DNA of 32,021 nucleotides from Bacteroidota bacterium (GCA_051747085.1 JBNJFS010000004.1:1-32021); one strand, 5' to 3'. Counted from the stretch's first letter, positions 1 to 9,085 are shown. Notes: generated from the letters alone by a model not told the origin. Translations and numbers: made by a program.

Positions 1-1
1 C

Positions 2-589
2 GATTTAAAAGGAAGTTATGCTGATAAAATTGAAGCCACAAAGACAAAAACAGGCATCAATGAGGCTGTTATTACGGGAGTTGGTAAGATGAACGGAATC
101 GAAGTTGTCATGGCGATAATGGATTTTAGATTTTTAGGAGGAAGCTTAGGCAGTGCCACAGGAGAAAAGATTCTGCAAGCTTCAAACTACGCTTATGAAA
201 ATCATATTCCTTATATCATTATCTCTGCATCGGGGGGTGCCCGCATGCAGGAAGGAACATTATCGCTCATGCAAATGGCCAAAACATGTGCCGGAATATC
301 ACGGTTAAATCAACAAAACATTCCGTTTATTTCGGTATTAACAAACCCCACTACAGGTGGTGTTACAGCAAGTTATGCCATGATGGGTGATGTTAATATC
401 GCCGAACCGGGAGCAATGATTGGCTTTGCCGGAAGAAGAGTAATTGAACAGACCATTGGACAAAAATTACCTGATGATTTTCAAACCGCCGAATATTTAC
501 TTAAACACGGTTTTATTGATTCAATTGTAAACAGAAAAGATTTAAAAGCGTTTTTAAGTAATTTGCTTAACTACTATAATCAACAATAG
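2..589 (+). CDS. accD: Acetyl-CoA carboxylase carboxyltransferase beta subunit (5' truncated by window edge)
   Basis: Frame is open from position 2 (DLKGSYADKIEATKTKTGINEAVITG...), so the ORF-track start at 89 is internal. Motifs MDFRFLGGSLG, SGGARMQEG, PTTGGVTASYA, AEPGAMIGFAGRRVIEQT, FQTAEYLLKHGFID. Confidence 0.96.
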   Translation, partial: DLKGSYADKIEATKTKTGINEAVITGVGKMNGIEVVMAIMDFRFLGGSLGSATGEKILQASNYAYENHIPYIIISASGGARMQEGTLSLMQMAKTCAGISRLNQQNIPFISVLTNPTTGGVTASYAMMGDVNIAEPGAMIGFAGRRVIEQTIGQKLPDDFQTAEYLLKHGFIDSIVNRKDLKAFLSNLLNYYNQQ

Positions 590-636
590 AACCCTGATTA
601 ACAAAACTTTATATTTATCATTTAAGAAAGAATCAC

Positions 637-1494
637 ATGGTACCAAATAATAATCATCCAACAAATAAGCAGCATCCATCCAAAGGAAAGGTATTAACTC
701 CCTGGGAGATTGTGCAAATCAGCCGGCATCCAAAACGCCCTGTTTTGCAGGATTACCTTTCGCTTATGTTTACAAATTTTATTGAACTCCATGGCGATCG
801 CTATTTTGCTGATGATAAAGCGATCGTCGGAGGTTTCGCTCAAATTGCCGATCAAAAAGTAATGGTCATCGGACACAACAAAGGAAAAACCACAACCGAC
901 AATATTGAGCGTAATTTTGGGATGGCAAACCCTGATGGTTACCGAAAAGCTTTACGGCTGATGAAACTGGCACAAAAATTTAATATTCCGATAGTAACAT
1001 TTATTGATACTCCGGGAGCATTCCCAGGCCTCGAAGCCGAAGAGCGTGGCCAGGCAGAAGCTATTGCCAAAAATTTAACCGAAATGGCCGCCATTGAAGT
1101 GCCCGTTATATGTGTTGTAGTTGGCGAAGGAGGTAGCGGTGGGGCACTGGGTATTGGTGTTGGCGATCGTATTTTAATGCTCTCCAATGCTATTTACTCT
1201 GTTATATCGCCCGAAGGGTGTGCTTCAATTCTTTGGCGTGATGCAAAATTTGCTCCCGATGCTGCCGAAGCACTTAATCTTACAGCTAATGCACTCCTTA
1301 AACATGGCGTGATTGATGAAATTATTAATGAACCCGGAGATGGAGCTCATACAAATCATAAAAAAACAGCCGGCTCCATCCAAAAAGAGATACTTAAAAA
1401 CCTACAATCATTACAAAAGTTATCCACCGAAGAATTAGTACAAAAAAGATTTGAGAAATTCTCGGCGATGGGAAATTTTTCTGTTGACAAATAA
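637..1494 (+). CDS. accA: Acetyl-CoA carboxylase carboxyltransferase alpha subunit
   Basis: Motifs [63 protein letters not shown]. The N-terminus is short and lacks the E. coli-type N-terminal helical hairpin. Confidence 0.96.
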   Translation: MVPNNNHPTNKQHPSKGKVLTPWEIVQISRHPKRPVLQDYLSLMFTNFIELHGDRYFADDKAIVGGFAQIADQKVMVIGHNKGKTTTDNIERNFGMANPDGYRKALRLMKLAQKFNIPIVTFIDTPGAFPGLEAEERGQAEAIAKNLTEMAAIEVPVICVVVGEGGSGGALGIGVGDRILMLSNAIYSVISPEGCASILWRDAKFAPDAAEALNLTANALLKHGVIDEIINEPGDGAHTNHKKTAGSIQKEILKNLQSLQKLSTEELVQKRFEKFSAMGNFSVDK

Positions 1495-1513
1495 ATTAAA
1501 AAAGGAAACTGTT

Positions 1514-3454
1514 ATGGCAAAAGAAATATTAAGAATTACAGATACAACTTTAAGAGACGGACATCAATCATTGTGGGCAACACGCATGCGTACCGATGAT
1601 ATTTTAGGTATTATTGATACGATTGATGCAGTAGGCTATTATTCACTGGAAGTATGGGGTGGCGCTACTTTTGATGTTTGCCTGCGTTACTTACGCGAAG
1701 ATCCGTGGGAACGTTTACGGCTTATTAAATCAAGGGCTAAAAACACCCCTTTACAGATGCTGCTGCGCGGGCAAAATATTGTGGGTTATAAAAATTATCC
1801 CGACGACCTGGTGGAACGATTTGTAGAAAAAGCCCATCAAAATGGAATTGATATTTTTAGAATTTTTGATGCATTAAATGACTCAAGAAACTTACAGGCT
1901 GCCATAAAAGCGGTAAAGAAAACCGGGGCTCATGCCCAGGGAACCCTCTCCTATACTACAAGCCCTGTACATACCGTTGAGAAATATGTAAATGATGCCC
2001 GAAAGCAGATTGAACTGGGTATTGACTCCTTATGTATTAAGGATATGGCCGGATTGTTATCACCCACCAAATCGAAAGAGCTTGTGTCTGCACTAAAAGA
2101 AAATTTCGATATTCCGGTACAAATTCATTGTCATTCTACCAGTGGAATGGCCGAATCAGCCTACCTTGAAGGAGTAAAAGCCGGAGCCGGTGCTGTTGAC
2201 GGGGCAATTTCATCTATGGCAGGATTTTCGTCTCAACCGCCGGTTGAAACGATTCATGCCATTTTTGAGGAAACGGAATTTGATGCACCATTAGATATGG
2301 ATGCACTAAGGAAAGTAAACAAATATTTTGCATCATTAGCTCCCAAACGAATAAAAGGCAGAGGTCATGAGCCCATTATCGATGCAGAAATTCTGGTACA
2401 TCAAATTCCCGGTGGAATGATTTCAAATTTCCGTTCGCAATTAGAACAACAGGGCGCGATCGAAAAACTTCCCGAAGCACTCGAAGAAGTTACCAGGGTT
2501 AGAAAAGATTTAGGTTACCCGCCGCTGGTTACTCCAACAAGTCAGATTGTAGGCACCCAGGCTGTAATGAATGTAATAACCGGAGAACGTTACAAAGTGG
2601 TTCCAAAAGAGGTACAAAATTATGTTAAAGGAATGTATGGAAGATCTCCTGCTCCTATTAATTCTGATTTTATTAAAAAAATCCTGGGAAAGGAAAAACC
2701 TATCGATCATCGACCTGCTGATGATTTGAAAGCAATATTACCAACGGCAACAAAAAATATTTCAAATCCCGAATGGATTAAAAGCGAAGAGGATATTTTA
2801 TCCTATTGTTTATTCCCTGAAGTTTCGGTAGAATTTTTTAAATGGAGGGCTCTTCCTCCGGAGAAAAGACCAAAAACACCGGCTGAAATGGAAATTGAAG
2901 AGCTGGAATATGTAAACAAAAAACCAAAAGAATATCAAACGAAATCAACCACACAAACGGATGAAAGCCCTATGTTGCATCCTGAGGATTTTGACAGGAT
3001 GAATGATTTATTGGAGAAAGTCTCCGATATGCAATTGAATGAATTGAGTATCCGAAAAGGGGATTTTCATTTTACGTTGCGTTCAGGAAACGGAAGTGCT
3101 CAAGGTCATACATTTACCGAGCCTGTTGCAGAACAAAAGAAGCCTGAACAACCAACGCAGGAAACCAAAAAGCAAGAAACAAAAACAGCTGTTAAAGAAA
3201 AAACGGGCGAATACAAAGATACCATCAATGCGGTAATGACCGGCACCTTTTACAGTTCACCCGGATCAGACAAGCCTCCGTTTGTTAAAGAAGGGTCAAA
3301 AGTAAAAGAAGGAGAAACGATTTGCATACTCGAAGCCATGAAGCTTTTTAACGAGATTGAAGCTCCCTTTGATTGTAAAATTGTTAAAATCCTTGTTGAA
3401 GATGGTTCTTTAATGAAAAAAGATCAGCCCATTATGGCTGTAGAGAAGTTATAA
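1514..3454 (+). CDS. Fusion of a pyruvate/oxaloacetate carboxyltransferase domain (PycB/OadA/5S-like) and a full-length ACC-type biotin carboxyl carrier protein (AccB)
   Basis: ATG at 1514 follows AAGGAAA. CT motifs RDGHQSL, WGGATFD, LQMLLRGQN, FRIFDALND, IKDMAG, HCH, HQIPGGM, GYPPLVTPTSQIVG. The C-terminal ~160 aa carry an AccB-like N-terminus (LLEKVSDMQLNELSIRKGDFHFTL), a linker, a thumb (GTFYSSPGSDKPPFV) and EAMKLFNEIEA. Confidence 0.92.
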   Translation: MAKEILRITDTTLRDGHQSLWATRMRTDDILGIIDTIDAVGYYSLEVWGGATFDVCLRYLREDPWERLRLIKSRAKNTPLQMLLRGQNIVGYKNYPDDLVERFVEKAHQNGIDIFRIFDALNDSRNLQAAIKAVKKTGAHAQGTLSYTTSPVHTVEKYVNDARKQIELGIDSLCIKDMAGLLSPTKSKELVSALKENFDIPVQIHCHSTSGMAESAYLEGVKAGAGAVDGAISSMAGFSSQPPVETIHAIFEETEFDAPLDMDALRKVNKYFASLAPKRIKGRGHEPIIDAEILVHQIPGGMISNFRSQLEQQGAIEKLPEALEEVTRVRKDLGYPPLVTPTSQIVGTQAVMNVITGERYKVVPKEVQNYVKGMYGRSPAPINSDFIKKILGKEKPIDHRPADDLKAILPTATKNISNPEWIKSEEDILSYCLFPEVSVEFFKWRALPPEKRPKTPAEMEIEELEYVNKKPKEYQTKSTTQTDESPMLHPEDFDRMNDLLEKVSDMQLNELSIRKGDFHFTLRSGNGSAQGHTFTEPVAEQKKPEQPTQETKKQETKTAVKEKTGEYKDTINAVMTGTFYSSPGSDKPPFVKEGSKVKEGETICILEAMKLFNEIEAPFDCKIVKILVEDGSLMKKDQPIMAVEKL

Positions 3455-3475
3455 CTCTAACATTAGTTTTATACC

Positions 3476-3512
3476 AAAAAAATAGCCGCTCCAATTTTGA
3501 AGCGGCTTTTTA
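3476..3512. terminator. Bidirectional intrinsic terminator between the acc operon and ppdK
   Basis: AGCCGCT (3484-3490) / AGCGGCT (3501-3507) hairpin flanked by an A-tract and a T-tract, between convergent genes. Confidence 0.85.
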
Positions 3513-3531
3513 TATTTATTGATTTAAAGAT

Positions 3532-6240
3532 TTACCTTAAAGCAGCTTGTGCCGCAGCTAATCGAGCAATAGGTACACGGTAGGGAGAACAAGAAACATA
3601 GTTCATTCCAACGCGGTGACAAAACTCTACAGAAGTAGGTTCACCTCCATGCTCGCCACAAATACCCACTTTCAATTCCGGGCAGGTAGCTCTTCCTCTT
3701 TCGGTTCCCATCTCTACCAGTTGACCAATACCTTCCTGATCTAATACCTGGAATGGGTCATGCTTAAGGATTCCTTTCTTTAAATAGATAGGTAAAAATT
3801 TACCGGCATCGTCACGAGAATAGCCAAATCCCATTTGTGTTAAGTCGTTTGTACCAAACGAGAAGAATTCAGCTCTTTCCGCAATTTTGTCTGCCGTTAA
3901 AGCAGCTCTTGGAATTTCTATCATTGTACCTACCAGGTATTCAACTTTAGTTCCTTTTTCTTCAAACACCTTTTCGGCTGTTGAGCGTATGATATCTTCC
4001 TGTAACTCGAACTCTTGTTGAGTACCAATTAACGGAACCATGATTTCCGGTTTGGCATCAATCCCTTTTTGTTTTAGGTTAACAGCAGCTTCGATAATTG
4101 CACGCGCCTGCATTTCTGTTATTTCAGTGTATGTATTTCCCAACCGACAACCACGGTGTCCTAACATAGGATTAAACTCGTGTAATGCATCCACTTTTCT
4201 TTTAACTTCCTCAGCAGAAACGCCTAATTCCTTAGCCATTTCTTCCTGGTTCTTTTCATCATGAGGAACAAACTCGTGTAGTGGTGGATCAAGTAATCGA
4301 ATGGTAACACCATAACCGGCCATAGCTTCTAAGATACCTTCGAAGTCTTCGCGTTGGTAAGGCAATAATTTATCTAATGCTTTTCTTCTGTCTGTTTCAT
4401 TTTCAGCGAGAATCATTTCGCGCATGGCTTTAATTCTGGAACCTTCGAAGAACATGTGTTCAGTTCGGCATAATCCGATACCATGAGCTCCAAAATTATA
4501 GGCTGTTTTTGCATCATTAGGAGTATCTGCATTGGTTCGAACATCCATTGTTCTGAACTTGTCAGCCATATCCATAATTTCACCAAAGTCCCCACTTAAA
4601 TCAGGATTTTTGGTTTTAATTTTACCGTCATATACTTCACCGGTAGAGCCATTTAATGAGATCCAGTCACCTTCTTTATATTCTTTACCATCAATGGTCA
4701 TTACTCTTGTTTTGTAATTGATAGAGATGGTTCCGGCACCTGAAACACAACATTTACCCATACCACGGGCAACAACTGCTGCGTGAGATGTCATACCACC
4801 ACGGGCGGTTAAAATACCCCGGGCAATATTCATACCTTCAAGATCCTCGGGAGATGTTTCTATACGAACCAGGATTGATTGCTCGTATGTTGCAGCTTCG
4901 TCGGCAAAGAAAACAATTTGTCCGGTAGCTGCACCGGGTGATGCAGGTAGTCCTTTAGCAATCGTTTCTGCACCTTTCAATCCTTCTTCTGAGAAAACAG
5001 GGTGTAACAATTCATCTAATTTATTAGGTTCCATTCTTAGAATGGCTGTTTTTTCATCGATAACCCCTTGTTTTACCAGATCCATAGCAATTTTCACCAT
5101 GGCAGCAGCGGTACGTTTACCATTTCGGGTTTGCAGTAACCAAAGTTTACCTTCCTGAATGGTAAACTCAAGGTCTTGCATATCTTTATAATGATCTTCC
5201 AGCTTTTGTTGAATATCGTCCAGTTCTTTATAAATATCAGGCATTACCTCTTCTAACGACGGGAATTTAGCTTTTCGGTCTTCTTCCGAAACACCGGCTA
5301 ATTTAGCCCAGCGTTTTGACCCTTCAAAAGTAATTTCCTGGGGTGTACGTACACCGGCAACTACATCTTCACCCTGTGCATTCACCAAATACTCACCGTT
5401 AAAAATGTCTTCACCGGTACCGGCATTACGTGTAAATGCAACTCCTGTTGCAGAGGATTCGCCCATATTACCAAATACCATAGCCTGAACATTAACAGCA
5501 GTCCCCCACTCTTCGGGTATCTGATTTAATGCACGGTAGTAATTTGCTCTTGGGTTATTCCAGCTATCGAAAACAGCCATTACAGAACCCCAAAGCTGAT
5601 CCCATGGATTAGACGGAAAATCGTGTCCGGTTTGTTTTTTAACGGCTTGTTTAAATTTCTTTACCAACTCTTTTAGATCTTCAACATCAAGCTGTGTATC
5701 CAGCTCAACACCTTTTTTCTCTTTTACTTCTTCAAGAATCGCTTCAAAAGGATCAATATCTTCTTTCGACTCGGGTTTCAATCCCAATACCACATCACCA
5801 TACATTTGTACAAATCGTCGGTATGAATCCCAGGCAAAACGAGGATTATTTGTCTTTTTCGTTAACCCTTCAACGGCATCATCATTCATTCCAAGATTCA
5901 ATACCGTATCCATCATTCCCGGCATAGAAACACGGGCACCAGAACGTACAGAAAGCAATAACGGATCTTCGTTACTTCCAAATTTAGTACCCATAATTTT
6001 TTCTACGTTCTTTATGGCAGCTTCAACTTCGTCTTTTAATAGTTCAACGACTTTATCTTTTCCTAATTTGTTGTATTCTGTACATACATCGGTGGTGATT
6101 GTAAATCCCGGAGGTACCGGAACACCAATAAGGTTCATCTCGGCAAGGTTAGCACCTTTTCCTCCCAGAAGGTTTTTCATCTTCGAGTTCCCTTCTGCTT
6201 TTTTATCTCCAAAAGTATAGACTCTCTTTTCGTTTGACAT
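3532..6240 (-). CDS. ppdK: Pyruvate, phosphate dikinase
   Basis: 902 aa. GGKGANLAEM, SVRSGARVSMPGMMDT, GGMTSHAAVVARG (phospho-His), FSFGTNDLTQ, GICGEHGG. Confidence 0.98.
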   Translation of the reverse strand: MSNEKRVYTFGDKKAEGNSKMKNLLGGKGANLAEMNLIGVPVPPGFTITTDVCTEYNKLGKDKVVELLKDEVEAAIKNVEKIMGTKFGSNEDPLLLSVRSGARVSMPGMMDTVLNLGMNDDAVEGLTKKTNNPRFAWDSYRRFVQMYGDVVLGLKPESKEDIDPFEAILEEVKEKKGVELDTQLDVEDLKELVKKFKQAVKKQTGHDFPSNPWDQLWGSVMAVFDSWNNPRANYYRALNQIPEEWGTAVNVQAMVFGNMGESSATGVAFTRNAGTGEDIFNGEYLVNAQGEDVVAGVRTPQEITFEGSKRWAKLAGVSEEDRKAKFPSLEEVMPDIYKELDDIQQKLEDHYKDMQDLEFTIQEGKLWLLQTRNGKRTAAAMVKIAMDLVKQGVIDEKTAILRMEPNKLDELLHPVFSEEGLKGAETIAKGLPASPGAATGQIVFFADEAATYEQSILVRIETSPEDLEGMNIARGILTARGGMTSHAAVVARGMGKCCVSGAGTISINYKTRVMTIDGKEYKEGDWISLNGSTGEVYDGKIKTKNPDLSGDFGEIMDMADKFRTMDVRTNADTPNDAKTAYNFGAHGIGLCRTEHMFFEGSRIKAMREMILAENETDRRKALDKLLPYQREDFEGILEAMAGYGVTIRLLDPPLHEFVPHDEKNQEEMAKELGVSAEEVKRKVDALHEFNPMLGHRGCRLGNTYTEITEMQARAIIEAAVNLKQKGIDAKPEIMVPLIGTQQEFELQEDIIRSTAEKVFEEKGTKVEYLVGTMIEIPRAALTADKIAERAEFFSFGTNDLTQMGFGYSRDDAGKFLPIYLKKGILKHDPFQVLDQEGIGQLVEMGTERGRATCPELKVGICGEHGGEPTSVEFCHRVGMNYVSCSPYRVPIARLAAAQAALR

Positions 6241-6307
6241 TTTTATCTAATTTTTAATTTATAATTAATTGATAATGATATTTTTAACAAAAATTCTTTG
6301 CAGGATA

Positions 6308-6315
6308 CAAATATA
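6308..6315 (-). promoter_or_regulatory. Bacteroidota housekeeping -7 promoter element for ppdK
   Basis: Minus strand reads TATATTTG (TAnnTTTG consensus), about 70 nt upstream of the ppdK ATG. Confidence 0.6.
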
Positions 6316-6528
6316 TCTAAAAATTACCAAATCAACGACTTTTGCGCAAGATTTTTAATAGAATCAAAAGATTATAGAGCTTTAAAACTATTTACATTTT
6401 TATTGTTTAAACAGCTTTTAAATTGTTTTAGTTTCCACATTTACATAAAAACAAAGATGATTTTTGCAAAGGTTTGCGAGAATTAATTTTATACAAACAA
6501 AATATTAAATTCATGTGTGTGGTACGAA

Positions 6529-6561
6529 TAAAAAAAGCAGATAACACGACATGCTATCTGC
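6529..6561 (-). terminator. Intrinsic terminator downstream of the DUF5916-like gene
   Basis: Minus strand GCAGATAGCA-TGTCG-TGTTATCTGC hairpin followed by a T-tract. Confidence 0.8.
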
Positions 6562-6583
6562 CCATATAATATGAGAAATATTT

Positions 6584-9025
6584 CTAGTTTTTCTTCAAAT
6601 ACTGATAATCCAGATAGTATAATATTTTTAAAGAAATGCTATTGATTTGCGATGCAGCAAATGTATTTTCCAGATTATCCACAAAACTATTAATAATTTC
6701 ATTTCCATTGGTATAGATAGCATTTTTCCATACCAGAGATAATTCACTTCCCGGAGCAAACCTCCATAAATATTGCATATCAATCGTAAACGTATTATAA
6801 TTTAAGTCGGCTGAATTTGCATAGGTATCGTATCCAATAGACGGAGTGAGTTTTCCATTCGGCAATAATTGATGAAAATCGGTATACTCAACTCTACTCC
6901 AATAATGTCGCATTTTCAAACTTAATGAAGCTTTATTGTTAAAAATATAACTGGAGTTTATCGTATTAACCAGGGTTGATCGATCCCGATTACCAATGAT
7001 AATAACATCATTTTCATAACTATCCTCATAACTTTCAACATAACCAAATGTATTAAAACTGTTATTTAAATGGAAATTATAGTTTAATAACCATTTATCG
7101 TTTACCCTAAAGCGGGGGCCAAAACCATATTCATATCCATATTGATCATCATCAAAAGACTGCCATGCTTCGAGACTAAAAGAAAAGGCCAGTTTTTTTC
7201 TATAGTCTGTTGAAGCCCAACCTCTGAAAAAATAATTTCTTGGTAATTCTAATTTCCAGCCATCAACGCGAGGTTCAAAAAAATCGTAGCGTTTAAACGG
7301 TTTTATCTGAGCAAAAATCCCAACCGATAAGTAATTTCTAAAAGTGGTATGTGTTCTGGCGTTGATATCAAAGCTTGAGTATTCTCGCGGATTATATAGG
7401 CTGGTATGGCGGAATGAAATTTGATTACTCCAGTTTAATACTCTCCAAAAAGGATCTTTTATGTCATATTGCAATTCGAGGTCCCAGCTTGATTCATTAT
7501 TATTTCGGATATACCCCATATCATTTGGGTCATAAGTATCTGATTCAATGGTATGTTGTATCTCAAACATAAACCGACCGCTTGTTTTAGCAATTTCAAT
7601 ATCATACTTATGCCCTAATGCTGTACTATCGGTATAATGTTGACTCACAGCTCCACTACCGGCAATCTGGTAGGAGTTTTCTTTATTCATTATCCGAAAC
7701 TCGGTAGCTGTTACATTGGCATTATAGTTCTCTTCGGCATGCAAAACATTGGTATTCGCAAGACTGATAAATGAATTGTTTTTAAGCGTTTGGTCTAAAA
7801 CAATCATATTATAGTTCGTAAACCCTTGCGTACGATAACGTCGGTTTTCTTCTGACAGGGTATCTTTTATTTCTGCATCAACAGCCCCGGTCATTGCATT
7901 AAAAAACCCAATGCCTAATCCACTTTTGGTACGACCCGATACTTTAGTAGCATTAATTAAATTTGTTTCCAAAGGATTGCGGGTAACTACCTGATTTGAA
8001 TCTAAATGATCATAAACATCATAAGCGTCCTTTGGCCTGCCTCCTATACGGCGTGAATAAAAGATATTTCCTTTACTAAAAAGCTCAGTACCTTCTGTAA
8101 AAAACTGACGCTTTTCGGAATATCTAACTTCATAGGGCGAAAGATTAAGTACTTCATCATCCGATTGTACCTGCCCAAAATCGGGGATTAGAATCATATC
8201 GAGCGTAAAGCTTTGGTTTATTCCCCATTTTAAGTCCATCCCTGCATTAAAATTACTGCCCCATTCATTGGTTTCGTCATTATTTTCAAGATAACCTGAA
8301 ACATAAGGGGTAACGGACAGGCGCAAAGGCGGCTCAATATCTTCAATACCAGACATCTCCCCCATCTGATTAATTTTTCCTTTCACCTGGTTATCGATAA
8401 AGTTCCATGTGCTCCACTCTCTGTAACGCCTGATATGGCGCATAAAATGAACACCCCATACCTGTTTGTCTTTCTTTGAAAACCGGAGTGCTGAATAAGG
8501 AATCTTCATTTCTACGATCCAACCATCTTCGGTAATCCTCACTTCACTTTGCCATACAGCATCCCAGTTTCTGTCTCCGTGATTTCCGTTATGTTTCACA
8601 TCAGATTGTATACCTGACGCAGAAACCATAAATTCAGAGGCATTAACTCCATCATTAAACGTATTGATATATACCGTAAATAAATCGGAATTTAAACCCG
8701 TATATTCATCCCGGACACCTAAATCTTTAATAATACTATCCGGATGGTTATCATACATTATTGCTCCAAAATAGATGGCATGGTCATCATACACTATTTT
8801 AACCTCTGTTGGTAATGATGGTGTTCGTCCGTTATACGGTTCGTACTCAATAAAATCATTTGCTACTGGAGCATTCAACCAAATATCTTCATCAAGAATT
8901 CCATCAATTTTTGGCCCTTGTGTAACTTTCTTAATCTCTATGGTTTGCTTATTGTTGTTTAACGAATATGCTACCGTGCTTATCCCCAACAACATAGATA
9001 TCCCTAAAATAATCTTCTTTCTCAC
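6584..9025 (-). CDS. Secreted/outer-membrane protein with an N-terminal CBM9-like (DOMON-like) domain and a DUF5916-like region
   Basis: GTG start and signal peptide. PKIDGILDEDIW, WDAVWQS...GWIVEMKIPYSALRF (CBM9-like), PDFGQVQSDD..LNLSPYE..EKRQFF.EG..FYSRRIG (DUF5916-like), then an aromatic-rich beta-strand C-terminal half. Confidence 0.8.
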   Translation of the reverse strand: MRKKIILGISMLLGISTVAYSLNNNKQTIEIKKVTQGPKIDGILDEDIWLNAPVANDFIEYEPYNGRTPSLPTEVKIVYDDHAIYFGAIMYDNHPDSIIKDLGVRDEYTGLNSDLFTVYINTFNDGVNASEFMVSASGIQSDVKHNGNHGDRNWDAVWQSEVRITEDGWIVEMKIPYSALRFSKKDKQVWGVHFMRHIRRYREWSTWNFIDNQVKGKINQMGEMSGIEDIEPPLRLSVTPYVSGYLENNDETNEWGSNFNAGMDLKWGINQSFTLDMILIPDFGQVQSDDEVLNLSPYEVRYSEKRQFFTEGTELFSKGNIFYSRRIGGRPKDAYDVYDHLDSNQVVTRNPLETNLINATKVSGRTKSGLGIGFFNAMTGAVDAEIKDTLSEENRRYRTQGFTNYNMIVLDQTLKNNSFISLANTNVLHAEENYNANVTATEFRIMNKENSYQIAGSGAVSQHYTDSTALGHKYDIEIAKTSGRFMFEIQHTIESDTYDPNDMGYIRNNNESSWDLELQYDIKDPFWRVLNWSNQISFRHTSLYNPREYSSFDINARTHTTFRNYLSVGIFAQIKPFKRYDFFEPRVDGWKLELPRNYFFRGWASTDYRKKLAFSFSLEAWQSFDDDQYGYEYGFGPRFRVNDKWLLNYNFHLNNSFNTFGYVESYEDSYENDVIIIGNRDRSTLVNTINSSYIFNNKASLSLKMRHYWSRVEYTDFHQLLPNGKLTPSIGYDTYANSADLNYNTFTIDMQYLWRFAPGSELSLVWKNAIYTNGNEIINSFVDNLENTFAASQINSISLKILYYLDYQYLKKN

Positions 9026-9052
9026 TCTTTTTTTCTTTTTTAAGATTCCCGT

Positions 9053-9085
9053 GATTAAAAGACTTAGGAGTCTTAAAAAGGTTTA
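9053..9085 (-). promoter_or_regulatory. Putative ECF-sigma promoter of the DUF5916-like gene
   Basis: Minus strand TAAAC-N17-GTCTTTTAATC. The 11-mer is identical to the one upstream of the ECF sigma gene. Confidence 0.5.

Noticed and set aside
1451-3454. Calling the gene a plain oadA (Na+-pumping oxaloacetate decarboxylase alpha) and using the 1451 start
   Set aside because: No oadB or oadG is adjacent, and the biotin domain is AccB-type with a thumb. The 1451 TTG start overlaps accA, whereas ATG 1514 has an RBS-like motif and matches the family N-terminus.
6298-6486. 62-aa ORF and TTGCGCAA/TTTGCAAA palindromes upstream of ppdK
   Set aside because: The ORF has a TTG start, runs antisense across the ppdK promoter and has no recognisable features. 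8-bp palindromes are expected by chance in this AT-rich DNA.
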